64,000 nt of DNA from Elsinoe ampelina (taxonomy: Eukaryota): NCBI GenBank assembly GCA_010093995.1, contig ML992501.1:892945-956944 (forward strand), read 5' to 3'. A model generated the notes under the pieces. The model did not search any database and was not told the DNA's origin. It was given only the letters and a program-made list of their open reading frames with translations. Every line of letters starts with the position of its first letter. The stretch's first letter is position 1. Below are positions 1-11,649 of the stretch, piece after piece. Position numbers and translations under genes: made by a program.

Positions 1-750
1 AAGAGTGAGCACTACATTGTCCAGGAGCGACAACATCTGGTAAACAAGAGATATGTGAAAGGCTGCCCGGAAGGATTCATCTTTGGCAAGAGTAAAATCG
101 TCCCTTCGGCGAAAGCTCAGGCCCTCCTCCGCCAGCACTTGTCGCAGCCACGCTCCTTACTATCCGGTGATGCAGATGTATCAGAAGCGGCAGAGCCCAG
201 CGTTTACATAGTCGCCCATGGTCTGAAGAACGACACGACTCTGATGAAGAAATTTGGCATCGACAATGTGTACAATCTTGGCCTGACCGGAGACATAGAT
301 ACTCAGAGAATATGCAGTGGGAAAAGGAAACCTGCCGGACTGAAGAAATTGCTGGACGCTATCGAACTACCATACGAAAATCTACATAACGGCGGCAACG
401 ACTGCACCTACACTCTTCAGGCATTAGTGAAGATGATCCATATGCATTATCATGAGCCTGAAGATCTCGAGAAGCGCTTGGACTCGCTGCGACATCCGCC
501 CGAAGAGCCTGAAAAGAAGAAGCAGCGAAGGGGACCGAAAGGTGAAGGTGAAAGGAGTGTCACGAATGTGATGAGGCCGACGACAGCAAGGCGAGAGTGC
601 GAGCTTTGCAAGAGACGTTCACCGCTGGACGAGATTCTGTTGGTCAATTGTGCCGATTGCCAGCGCTGCTTTCACAAATCGTGTGGACATGCGAACCACG
701 AGCTTGCTAATGATGGTCGGTGGCGATGCAGAAGTGAGAATGCGATCTGA
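1..750 (+). CDS. Gfd2/YDR514C/QIP-like DEDDh (RNase H-fold) exonuclease with C-terminal PHD-like zinc finger; 5' part lies outside the window
   Basis: The frame is open from base 1 (KSEHYIVQERQHLVNKRYVKGCPEGFIFGKS). Family motifs: IVAHGLKND, IDTQ, LHNGGNDCTYTLQAL. C-terminus: CELC..CADC.RCFHKSC...WRC. Confidence 0.8.
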   Translation, partial: KSEHYIVQERQHLVNKRYVKGCPEGFIFGKSKIVPSAKAQALLRQHLSQPRSLLSGDADVSEAAEPSVYIVAHGLKNDTTLMKKFGIDNVYNLGLTGDIDTQRICSGKRKPAGLKKLLDAIELPYENLHNGGNDCTYTLQALVKMIHMHYHEPEDLEKRLDSLRHPPEEPEKKKQRRGPKGEGERSVTNVMRPTTARRECELCKRRSPLDEILLVNCADCQRCFHKSCGHANHELANDGRWRCRSENAI

Positions 751-1496
751 GCTGCATCTGAGCTATACCATCACATCGATTGAATTATCGATCGCAACGA
801 GAGGTGGAAGTGACGAAGAATGATGGAGGCCTCTTGGTATGGACGACATGAACCTCAGTACATGTGCATCGCATGGCCGGCATGGAATCGCCACATGTGA
901 ATGGTGAGTGAGCCTCCTTTCAGTAAGGTATATATTGACTCTCGACAGCATCTTCCCTCAGTGATTCGAATCGAACGAGTTCGGATAAGCGCTGCTCAAT
1001 CAAACCGGCCGTATGGTCTAGTTTGGAGTCGTCTACCCCTCTCATCGTTCAAAGTCTGCTATGACTCTAAACACCTCCGCGAGGTTCAAGCCGTCGGTTC
1101 GACTCTTGTCGACTGTCGCATTAATCCTGTCTCATCACGCTTCTTTGTGAGGAACATCCACCAGGAATTCCACATGTCGAAGCCTCTGTTAAGTCAGGCG
1201 CTGCTATACCACGAGTTCACGCTAGCGATACCTACATTGCAGCTCGGGCGGCCGATCCGCCGTACACAATCGGTTCATGTGTGCGTAAACAAGAACCACC
1301 AAAAAACCTTCGGGTAGATGATTTTTTTGGCTTTCCACTTGGGCTGCATCACGTGGTTGTCGGTATCACATGCTGGCCTTCCTTTTGTCCCGCACGATCT
1401 ATCTTCACACACACACCACTTCTCACATAAGGACCTACAACACCTCACACCACATCAACTCGCACCGCATCACTCACATCAAGACACTCGGCAACC

Positions 1497-2349
1497 ATGA
1501 CTCCGGTGAGTGCCCCTCATCTCACTTCTGACGGACGGATCACATCTGACTTCCCTGCAGAAAGATCAGCCTGACCGCGATGAGATTTTTGACAAAGTTC
1601 AGGCCCTGTTCGGCTTACCTCAAGTTCACAATGCGAGCAGCGCTTTCGATCCCGAGACATGCACTCAGATCAGACCATTGAAAGACGCTGTCTTCATGGC
1701 CATCGACATTGAAGCATGCGAAACGGATCAAAGCAAGATCACCGAGGTTGGCATAGCCATGCTGGATACTCGTGTGACCCGGCGTATCTCGCCAGGTGAA
1801 GGCGCTGCAGCTTGGACGGCCACGATTCTCGCGCGTCATTACATCACGAAGGACTTTATCGAGTTGGAGAATACCAAGTATGTCAAAGGTGGAGAACCTG
1901 GTACCAAACAAGACTTTGCATATGGCACGAGCCAAGTCATCTCCATCGGCAAGCTTAAGAATTGGTTTCGCTACGATCTCGGTCATCCTCCTTACCCGGA
2001 TGGGGATGTCAAAGAACGTCGCCCGATCGTCCTCGTCGGTCATGGCATGCAGAACGACCTCAAATATCTGGAAGCCATGAAGATTAGATTGGAGAGCGAC
2101 GCCAACGTGGTCGAGAAGATCGACACGCAGGATCTATGCAGCTACCGCTCTTTGCCGGCCAGTCTCGAGGCGATGCTCTCACAACTCGGCATCGATACGA
2201 CCGCCTCCCATAATGCTGGAAACGATGCCGCACGTACACTCGAAGCGCTGGTGAAGATGGTGTTCCTCAATGCATATTATCCAAAGATGCTGCATGATGC
2301 CCTGAAGACTACGCTCAATCCGCCTATCACAGCAGAGGATCTACCATGA
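1497..2349 (+). CDS. Gfd2/YDR514C/QIP-like DEDDh exonuclease, tandem paralog of the upstream gene
   Basis: Exon 1 is ATGACTCCG (1497-1505), followed by intron 1506-1560 (GTGAGT..CTGAC..CAG) and exon 2 in frame from 1561. Motifs: FMAIDIEACE, ITEVGIAMLDTR, HYITKDF, LVGHGMQNDLKYL, IDTQDL, HNAGNDAARTL. Confidence 0.85.
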
Positions 2350-2880
2350 AAAGGTGAAGGAGCACAGAAGCTGGCGGGGCGATGAGCATGGCTGGCAATT
2401 GGTAGTCGAAGAAGGACGTGACAATTTCCACACACTATCCTTGCAGTTCCACACGCCATGCACTTCACCGGCATGCAAGCCAGATTTGGAGGAAGATTAA
2501 TTTACCATGGGCAGATGGCGTTGATTATTGCAGCTGGTCCACTTGATTCGACAGCGCGATCAGCCACCGTCACCCGTGTTTCAAAATTAATAGGGACCAA
2601 ATTAGAACAACTCTTTCATCTCTACTTTACCTACCACCATTTTGAGCACAGCGATGTAGATCGCGCCTTTGCGGCTGGACATGATCGACCTTGTGTGTAA
2701 GTGTCTGCTTTCTAGTTTGCTTGTCTTTCCTTACACAATGCGACCGTGTACAAGGCTCGACACCGGTATGACACAGCTTGCACATCCGTTATAGGGCCAT
2801 CCACCGATTTGGTCCCTGTCTCTGGGCCCTGTGAAGCACCATCCGACCCCACGTTCTAACGGCAGCTTGGGGGGAAAAGC

Positions 2881-4479
2881 ATGTTTGCCCAGCATGAGAA
2901 GAGACCTCTATCTGCCGCCGAAATACTGCAAGAGAAGGGGCAATCCCACAGTCTTGGGGCATATTCGTCAGAGAAAGAGTACAATCCCCGAGATCACGAT
3001 GCGCCGCAAGTAGTAGACTATTCGAACGCGCCACAGGTCGGGTACGACCATGACACTTTCTCGCCAAAGATTGCTCTGGACCGGGAGTACCAGGATGCTG
3101 CATACCCCGAGGTAGCATATACAAGGTACGGAAGTCCGCCGGTGAGACACACGTTTGACGGTCGAGATTATGATGGCCGGGGTCCGGCTGAGGAACAACA
3201 TCCACCAAACAGCGGACCGCGAAGAAGAAAATGGTGGATCATCATTGCCATCGTCCTGATAGTCATACTGGGAGCCGGACTCGGCGCCGGGCTGGGAATT
3301 GGCCTGCGAACTAAGGACAACACCAGCGAGAACCTCGCGACGGGAGGCAGCACAGGAAATGGTACCACTAGTCCCTCATCATCAGGTGCTCCACAGACAT
3401 CCAATGCGACCGCCGTGCTTGACCGCACCGGTCTCGCCATGACCAACCGCGCCGACGGTGCCGGCTTCCTCACCTACCACCAAGCCCCCAACGGCAGCCT
3501 CATCGAAGACTTCTTCCCCAACTCCGCCCTGGCCAACATCACCTCCCCCTCCTTCCAATTCACCGCCTCCGAAAGCACCATCATCCCCTCCCCCAACATC
3601 ATCGACCAAACCCCCCTCGCCGCAGCCTCCTACACCTACAACGGCGCCACCTACCGGCACGTCTTCTACACCAACCCCCAAGGCCAAATCCTCGAAACCA
3701 ACACCTCCACCCTCTCCCCCACCTGGTCCACCCCCTCCATCGTCCTCGACAAACACTACTTCGGCCCCGTGCGCATCAGCGCCAACTCCCCGGGCCTCCA
3801 CGCCTGCGTCGGCCCCTCGATCCCCACCCTCTTCCTCATCTACGCCAACACGCAAGGCTTCCACGACCTGCTGGCCAAAAACCACACCTCCGAGTCCGAG
3901 TGGCGCCACGACCAACTCTTCATCCTCACCGCCAATCTCGCGGGCGTGACCTGCTCCGTGCTCCCTCGAACCCCCTCCCCCCTTTTCCCTTCCCCCTCCC
4001 CCTCCCCCTCCCCCTCTGACTCCTCGGGCGGCTACCTCGACATATGGGCGGGCAACTTCTCCTCCCCCGTCCCCCTGCACTATACCATGGACTGGGCCCC
4101 GACCGGCGCGAGGCGCAACTTCACCGCCGTGACGGAGTACATCCTGACCTCTGCCCCGGACGCGGGCATGGCCAAAGACAGTCCCGTGGCTGTCGCCGCC
4201 GCCCCGGGTAGCCGAGGCGGGGAGAGTTGGGTTTTTTACCGGGGAGAGGACGGGGGGGTGGTGCAGGTTGTTGCGCCTGGGGATCCGCCGGGGCAGGGGA
4301 CGGGGGTGGGGAGGTGGGATGCGGGCGTGGGGAAGGGGGGGAAGATGGCGGCGGGGTGGGTGGGGGAGGGTGGCGGGGAGTGTGTGGTGCTGGTCCAAGG
4401 GAGGGAGGGGTTGAGGGGGTTGAGGGTGAATCGCAATGGGAGGGTGGTGGGGAATGCGACGTTTGTAGGAGGAGGGTGA
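2881..4479 (+). CDS. Single-pass (type II) membrane protein with a probable extracellular fungal fucose-lectin-like beta-propeller
   Basis: 532-aa ORF. A polar N-terminus precedes RRRK and a TM segment (WWIIIAIVLIVILGAGLGAGLGIGL), then a Ser/Thr linker. Blade-like motifs TPLAAASY..RHVFYTNPQGQILE and SPVAVA..WVFYRGEDGGVVQV follow, with several NxS/T sites. The fold call is inference. Confidence 0.65.
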   Translation: MFAQHEKRPLSAAEILQEKGQSHSLGAYSSEKEYNPRDHDAPQVVDYSNAPQVGYDHDTFSPKIALDREYQDAAYPEVAYTRYGSPPVRHTFDGRDYDGRGPAEEQHPPNSGPRRRKWWIIIAIVLIVILGAGLGAGLGIGLRTKDNTSENLATGGSTGNGTTSPSSSGAPQTSNATAVLDRTGLAMTNRADGAGFLTYHQAPNGSLIEDFFPNSALANITSPSFQFTASESTIIPSPNIIDQTPLAAASYTYNGATYRHVFYTNPQGQILETNTSTLSPTWSTPSIVLDKHYFGPVRISANSPGLHACVGPSIPTLFLIYANTQGFHDLLAKNHTSESEWRHDQLFILTANLAGVTCSVLPRTPSPLFPSPSPSPSPSDSSGGYLDIWAGNFSSPVPLHYTMDWAPTGARRNFTAVTEYILTSAPDAGMAKDSPVAVAAAPGSRGGESWVFYRGEDGGVVQVVAPGDPPGQGTGVGRWDAGVGKGGKMAAGWVGEGGGECVVLVQGREGLRGLRVNRNGRVVGNATFVGGG

Positions 4480-4746
4480 GGAGGGGGGAATGCACAGCGG
4501 GACTTTTTTGGGAGGGAAGAGAATCGAGGTAGATCAATGTGCATAACGCCATGCTGGTTGCGCCGTGGTATCCTATTCTAAGGTGATGTGAAATTTGTGG
4601 AAAGGATGAATGACATGTGGCCGTAAGGGATGTCGGGGTCATATAGCCTGCTGCTGTCCGGTAGTCGCTCTTTTCCTGCCCCTTCATACCTGGACCCAAA
4701 AGCCGTTCTTTGACTGTCTGCTTCTCAAATTGCCCCTGACTTGCAA

Positions 4747-6152
4747 CTACACTAATTCCACGTAGTTGCTAGGGAACACTCCCTCCCGATCACCTATCCG
4801 CCCGGTCCACCAATCACTCGCGTTTTCCGTTTTCTTCACTATCGTAATAACTTCGCCTTTCTTGAAACCCAGATCCCCGGGCTGGTCCGGATCAAAGTTG
4901 AACTTTGCAATCGCCTGCCCCTTCTGCGCCGCCGTCTTGCCAAACACCGGCTTTGGCGCGGACGGTCGTGTCGGCTTGCTGTCGCTGTAGCTGTACCCGT
5001 CACCACCATGAGCGTATGCTGAATTGCTACGCGATCTCGATTCGAGCTGATCGAATGTTTCCGTGGGATTGGCGCGGCCGCCTGTGGGTCGATCGTAGAT
5101 GCTGTCTTGCCATGTGGACGCGCGTTGCGGCTTGTCGCGGTAGACGTACTCGTTATCGTTGGCTTGACCTGTTCCTCCTCCTGTGCGGTCGGTGCGGACT
5201 CCTTCGCCATATGCAGAACCTTGTCGGCCTTGCCAGACTACGTCTTCGTTATCGCCGTACACAGGAATGTCGTTGTATGTGCTGTCGGCGTTCGCGCGCT
5301 GACCGGAGAAGACTCGGGAGTTGAGGATGCGCATGAGGGGTTCCGCAGCTGGCGGGACGGGTACGCCGCCACCTAGTAGTGAGCGAGCATCAACGCGACG
5401 GTTGTAGAGCTTCTCGTTGGCGTCCTTACGCTCTATTATGACAGAGCCCTCCAACGATACACCAGCGAAAAGACCCTTTGTTTTGCTGTACGCGAAAATG
5501 CCGGACACGGATTTGAGAGATGCTGCACCTGCTGCTTCGGCATTGCGACCTACAGGTCCTGCGGCGATCGATACATTGCCTCCGAGCGTGATCGATCCAG
5601 CTTGTGCGAATGTCCGTACTGATGCTGCGTCATTGAGTATGAAGACGAAGTCGGTCAATTCGAAGCCGATTTGTCCACCGAAACCACCTCCGACAGTGCC
5701 GATTGCTGATGGCGCGGACCTGGAAGCGTCAGCCTATGATGTCTACCATGGAGTAAGTCTTCCGCGAGAGAACAGTATGCTCCCATCGCGCAGACACTCT
5801 GCAGCGTGACTGACCATGATCCGTCGCTCAACCGTGCGACGACTATACCAGAACCGAAACGTGCAGAGCCGAGGAAGCCAGCTTTGAAGACCGTCATGAC
5901 CGCGAGACCCTATGTATACTCAGCATGACTCTTTCATCTATACCATTCGACATACCTTGGCATTGGCGAGAACCTCGGGCGGGATGATCTTGTCGGGTCC
6001 GAAAGACTGGCGGGGATCCACGAAGCTGGCGAGTGTGCGGCCTGCCTTTTTGCATTCGCCTTTGACATGGTCAGGGGATCATGGTCTGGTATAGCTTCCG
6101 GTAGCGACTTACTCTGCATCGAGCTAGGCAGCGGATTATTGAGAAACCCCAT
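4747..6152 (-). CDS. YSC84: YSC84/LSB3-family actin-patch protein (N-terminal YAB/SYLF domain, C-terminal SH3), 3 introns
   Basis: Exons give MGFLNNPLPSSMQ, IIPPEVLANAK, KAGFLGSARFGSGIVVARLSDGSWS and TDFVFILND..SKTKGLFAGVSLEG. SH3: AKFNFDPDQPGDLGFKKGE..DWWTGRIGDREGVFPSNYV. Paralog identity (YSC84 vs LSB3) is not resolvable. Confidence 0.92.
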
Positions 6153-6681
6153 CTTGAGCGGTATGCGAATGTGTGACGAAGCGGATACGATCGGATGAAG
6201 CTCAGCAGCTCGAATGGACGTGATATAGGACCTGCGTGCTCAGGTATATGGTAGGAGAGGTATCCTGCTGCCTGTCTGTCCAAAAAGATCTCCGTCAGAG
6301 CGGGGTGTGAGACCAAGGTGAAGACAAGAAATCCCAAGTCCGTCAGGTGGTGGCAACGAATGCGTTGGAGCTGCGCAATTGCGGGCGGCTTGATTCATCT
6401 GCGCCACAGTGCAGTGACGCAGTCTTTCCGAAGTGTCAGAAAAATGTCCGTCTTATGGCCGGCCTTGTGGCGCATGGAGCAAATGTGGCTGGTGCGCCGG
6501 CCGGGATGGATGGGAAGACGTCGTTTGGTGTTCTCTTTGACAAGGCATATCCGAACAATCACTCACTGCATACGACCTCTTACCCCGACCAGTAGCTCAG
6601 CTTCCCGTACGCTCCAGCACTCGAAATATCACTGCTGCGCTCCCCGAGCGTTGCCACATCTGGCCGACCACAACCGCAACC

Positions 6682-7097
6682 ATGTCGGAAGCCTACGAAC
6701 GAGAACGGTACCTTCCACCACCATGTGTCTCTCGCCCTCGAGGTCCTAACGTATCCCAGGCAGAATAACTCCCGCCTAGACGAGCTCTCCAGCAAAGTAT
6801 CAGCTCTCCGCGACGTCACCATCAACATCTACGACAACGCACGCGATCAAGGGGTGATCGACTCGAGTGTAGGTCTAACTGGCAAGGAGACGAGATATCC
6901 AAGACGCTGACAGCTGCAAGAATGAAGTCTTCTCAAATCTCGGAACATCGTTAAAGGGCAGCGCGGGACGTTTGACGCGGATGGCGCAGCAAGGGAACAA
7001 GGTGGCTATCTTGAAGCTGGCTGGGATCATCATTGCGATCGTAGTGGTTTTCTACTGGATATTGAGCTTTTTCTTTGGCGGGTCGGGCAAGGCTTGA
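6682..7097 (+). CDS. SFT1: Golgi Qc-SNARE Sft1 (small tail-anchored SNARE), 2 introns; not recovered as one ORF in the track
   Basis: Spliced product: MSEAYERER/QNNSRLDELSSKVSALRDVTINIYDNARDQGVIDSS/NEVFSNLGTSLKGSAGRLTRMAQQGNKVAILKLAGIIIAIVVVFYWILSFFFGGSGKA*. It has a SNARE heptad plus a C-terminal TM. Introns at about 6708-6759 and 6869-6920. Confidence 0.85.
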
Positions 7098-7254
7098 CGC
7101 AGGACTGAGTATGGAAGCGCAAAAGCAGGTTTCTTGAATTTCAGCGACTTTAAGCACGGCGTTGGAAGGTCGTGTCCTTTGGGCGATGCATTCGTATGCT
7201 ATCTATATCGACAGGAAAGCACGCTGTACCATATTCCCTGCTTTGTCATAATCA

Positions 7255-9004
7255 TCATTCCCAGACATTGCTGAACAGATCAGCGTCCGATGTAAATGGC
7301 TTTGCTGAGGTCGACGAATTGGCTGGCGCGGATACTTGTGGTGATTTCTGAGTCGCGACAGGACTAGCACTACTCCATCCTCCAAAGTCGTCGTCCTGAG
7401 TGACTGTTGGCTTTGCTGGTGCAGTGTCATTGCTGCCCCACCCGCCAAAATCGTCCGAGAGCGAGACTGTTGCAGGCGCTTTCGTCGACGAGACAGCTGG
7501 GGTCTGCTGCTGGGGTGCTGCTTTGGGCGGTGCCGGATCGGGAGTGTTCCAAGCGTTATCCGAGCCCCATGGATCGTTCATGGCTGCATAGTTTGAAGCA
7601 GGAGCGGGCGGCTTTGGTGGTGCGGGCTGTGCAGCAGGTTGTGAGAGATTGAAGGCGGAATTTGATGTATACGAAGACATGTTGATGGGTGGCGGCTTGT
7701 TGAATGTCGGTTGCTTGGGAACCGCAGCGGCTGGTTCTGCTGCGGGTGGCGGCCCACCCATGTCAAACAGATCCCCCATGTTGGAGCTCACAGCTGGTGC
7801 TGGCTTTGACGCTGAAGTCATGGTGGGTGTCGCAGAAGTGAAGTCGCCAAAGTCGCCGAATCCACTCGGCGCCCTGGCAGTGGGTGGCTTGGGCGCTGGA
7901 GCGGCGGGCTTGGTGTCGAAAAAGCTCCCCCCGCTTATCGCTGGTGTCGTCGTGGTTGAAGGTCTTGCAGCAGGGCTTGTCAATCCAGAGAAAGGCGAGC
8001 TCTTCACTGGCGCAGGCTGTGATGATCCGAAGCTAAGACTGCTAAAGGCATCATCTAGGCCTGATGAAGTCTGCGGAGGAGGAGGCGAGGAGTTCATCCC
8101 ACCAAATGACTGTGATTGTGCTTGTTGCGCAGGTGCTGGCTTTGGAGCAGACGCATAAAGGGACAAGATAGACTGCTTCAGGTCTGTCCGTTGAGGCATA
8201 CCTCCTGCTGTCCCAGATGTCGCACTTGCTGGCCTAGCAGGGGGTGCTGATTGCGTGCCACCGAAGAAGTCTAGTCCCAGTAACGACTCTCCCTGCTTTT
8301 GCTGTTTCGGCGCAGCAGCTGGTTGAGCTACTGGGGCTCGCACAGGTGGAGGTCGTGATGCCGGTACTGGCTCGGTCGTGCTCGGTCGTGCCGGTTGACT
8401 GGGTTCATCTGCGAACAGATCCACGGCTGGAGTCCGTCGTGCAGCTGGACTGGCTGCCGAAGATCCATTACGCAGGGAGGAAGCTCGATCAAGCTTGGCT
8501 TTCTCTTGTACGACATTGAGGGGCTGGAGTAAGGTCAGAGTAGTCCAGGAAGAGTGAATGCCCTATACTTACCGCATCATCGTCGCCAGCATCGAGCGTC
8601 GAAGGATCTGGCATGGCTCCGTCCATAGCCCAGCGTTTCGAGTCGTACTTTGTACGGATGAAGTTCTCAATCTTTGCCTCTGCTGGTACATGTCCTGGGG
8701 CCAGCTTTGCTTCCCAATACCTGTTCGCCCTCGTGTTACCCCATCGTATCATGCTTTGAAGCTGTTCGTCCGTCCAAGCATCAAGATCCACGGACTTGAC
8801 TCTGCTGATATGTGTTCCCATTCCCCTGTGAATACCTGAACATCGAATGCAGACGAAGATACCGAGATTCCAGCTCGCCCATCTTGGATGCTTGTTTCTC
8901 TTGCAATCTGCGCAGCTCTTGTTACCCTCTAACTTGACCAGCTGCTTCAGAGTTGCCTGGTTTTGGGCAGCTTTGTCCGCGCCGGGGTTCGGGCGACGAG
9001 ACAT
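7255..9004 (-). CDS. ArfGAP (Age2/SMAP-like) with long Pro/Ser-rich tail carrying clathrin/adaptor-binding-like motifs; 1 intron near 8525-8571
   Basis: ArfGAP zinc finger [48 protein letters not shown], then FIRTKY. The tail contains [27 protein letters not shown] and DDFGGW. Confidence 0.92.
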
Positions 9005-9517
9005 GGCCGCGATGGTTGTGACTGATCTTGAGCAATATCAATTGGTGCGGAGAGACGCCCGAGTCAATCGTTGGTTGCGTGGTGGCCTCTGACAAGAATG
9101 TGAGGACAGCTTGTGATGAAGTAGCTCGGATTCTAGACCGTTGTATGCCGTCGACAGCATGTCATCCCGAAATCTTGGCATCTATCATGCGCTGTGAAAT
9201 GCTCACCTTTCTCATGCTACTCGAAATCGATATGTCCCATTTACATGATTCTTGAAATATTGGTTCACCTATTTCAAACTCCCAGAAAAAACGGTCGGCC
9301 TCAATCACATCTCAAATCAAGGTGTAGCAGCAACATATGTACTTTTGTTCTTGGCAGCATATTTCAACGTGTGGTTTCAATGCGATCTATCCTCCCTCAG
9401 ACGCTCCTCGAACATGTTCACATGTCAAGAGCCCAAAGGCATTCGGTCATTGACCACAAAACAAAATCATTATCATTGCTTCCCAGGCTCTTCGTATGAT
9501 GCGGGCAACATGAAAAA

Positions 9518-11174
9518 TTAGTAACTCCTTGGGAGCCCAAGCGCCTTCTCTGCGATAAAGTTCATGATCATCTCCTAACTCAGTATTAGCCGCTGACCTC
9601 GAAGGGATTGATATAGTAACATACTCTGCTCACTGGGGCTATTCTTGGGACGAAGCAGTCCCTCATATACCTCTCAACATGATACTCGGCCGCATATCCC
9701 ATGCCCCCCATGCTGAGGACACTTCGCTCGCAAGCCGTGAAAGCCGCCTCGGCTGCAAGGTACTTCGCACTGTTTGCCGCTATACCCACGGCATGTGGGG
9801 TAATGGTTGAGTCTTTACCACTTTGATCGTAAAGGCGAGCGGCATGATAGGTCGCCAGCTTCGCTGCTTCGAGCTGCATGAAGGCTGAAGCTAGAGGATG
9901 CTGGATGCCCTGGTTCTGACCAATCGGACGACCAAAGACGACCCTTTCTTTGGCATATTGTGAGGCTCTGGCACTCGTCAGCAGCGATACAGACCCGAAC
10001 CGCGATGTCATACTTCTTCAGTGCTGCATATCCCAAGCCAAGTGCCTCTCCTGCTAGCAGACACCGTTCTGCATTGAGGCCGTGTAGGACGATTTTGAAT
10101 CCCTCACCCACGTTTCCAATCATAGTACTCGCGGGTATGCGGTAATTATCAAAGAAGACTTCGTTCGCATCCACCGCTCTACCGCCCATTTTCTTAATCC
10201 TCCGCAAATCCAGACCTGGTTTAGCCTTGTCGAAATCAATAAAGAATAATGAGAGGCCCTCGGACGGCCGCTTGACCTCTTCCAAGGGTGTAGTCCTAGC
10301 AAGCAGAACCATCTTGGTAGCTACTTGAGCGGATGTGATCCATCTTTGCTAGTAAGTTGGGCGTCAGTGGTGGGAGTGTTAGATGATCCTCACATCTTCT
10401 GTCCTGAGATCAGATAGTCATCGCCGTCTCGCGTGGCCATCGTCCGAAGCTTCAATGTTTCCAGCCCGGTATTCGGTTCAGTGCTGTTCCGATTAGCGAG
10501 GGTACAGTCGAGTCTTCAAGACTCACTTACACCCCAAAGCATGTTCGTGCCTGTCCAGAGATCAGATTTGGTAACATGTCTCGCCGCTGTTCAGGCGTGG
10601 CAAATTTCGCAATTGGCTGGGTATCGTCAGATTAAGAGGTCATTCACACCGGGGAGACTGTACCTGTGTTGCGTAGACATTTGCATGTAATGATTGGCAT
10701 CCATTCATGCCTGCGCCGCTCCTGAGCAGTGTTAGACCCGGCGAAAGAAGAGCAATACGACTACTTACTCAGCGATCGTATGAAGCATCATAGTGGCCTC
10801 GGAAATTCCCAGTCCAGCACCCCCTAATTCTTCCGGCAGGGCGATACCAATCCAGCCATCCTTTGCTAAAGCCGCGTGCAGTTCATGAGGATACTCTTCG
10901 TTCTGATCATGCTCCATCCAGTAGTCCTGACCTGATGAGCCTGCCGCTGATCTAAACCGGACCATCTACCTACATCTGAGAAGTTCGAGCAGATCTTGCC
11001 TATCGATTCTCGCACTGTCAACTGCTCCTCTGTGAATCCAAGCGTTTCCATCAGACGTATCCGAGGAGTAGCCGAGAAACATCGTTTTGGTGAGTTCATC
11101 AAATGTGGAGCGGACAGCAGCCGTGAGAATACTTGTCTGGTTGCAAGCCGTCGCATTGCTGTACGTGGAGACAT
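9518..11174 (-). CDS. Acyl-CoA dehydrogenase family protein, multi-intron, with predicted mitochondrial presequence
   Basis: Exons encode GWIGIALPEELGGAGLG, CFGVTEPNTGL, KKMGGRAVDANEVFFDNY, LNAERCLLAGEALGLG, YAKERVVFGRPIGQNQGIQH and GGMGYAAEYHVERYMRD, ending EMIMNFIAEKALGLPRSY*. The N-terminus is Arg/Ser-rich. Confidence 0.93.
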
Positions 11175-11649
11175 TGCTATAGTGGCAAAAGAAAAGAGTG
11201 GACAGCGTGACTGACCTAGCTAATGAGAAAGAGACACAACATGTACAAGGTATGGTCAAGAGGATGGCGGATTAGTTCTCCAACGACCAAGTCTTGGAGA
11301 ATCTCAAACAATACTAGATACATGACGATCATTGGAATTAGAGTGCCCGACTGCGGAGGAGTCGATGTCGTCTGCGGGGCGAGCTCGGTCTTGGCGGAAT
11401 TGCGGCTCAAACAGAATTCGGGGCAAGTCGGTGCGGGATTGTTACTTCATCAAAACAATCCATACAAACCTCGAATTCCACAAAGCACAACCATTCTGCA
11501 GCATTCTCGACTCAGCTCGTCCTTACGCGTCTTTTCGGACTTCCAGCATGATTTAGCATTCATCTGAAATTCTGGCGACCATAATTTCTCATTCCTGGAA
11601 CACCTGAGACGCGTCGTTCAGAGCTCCCCCAGCTGTCAACAGTTCCGAC

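Noticed and set aside
3382..4699. Long overlapping ORFs (338 aa minus, 163 aa plus, 192 aa minus)
   Set aside because: These are low-complexity shadow frames of the C/G-skewed lectin-like CDS, where stop codons are depleted by composition.
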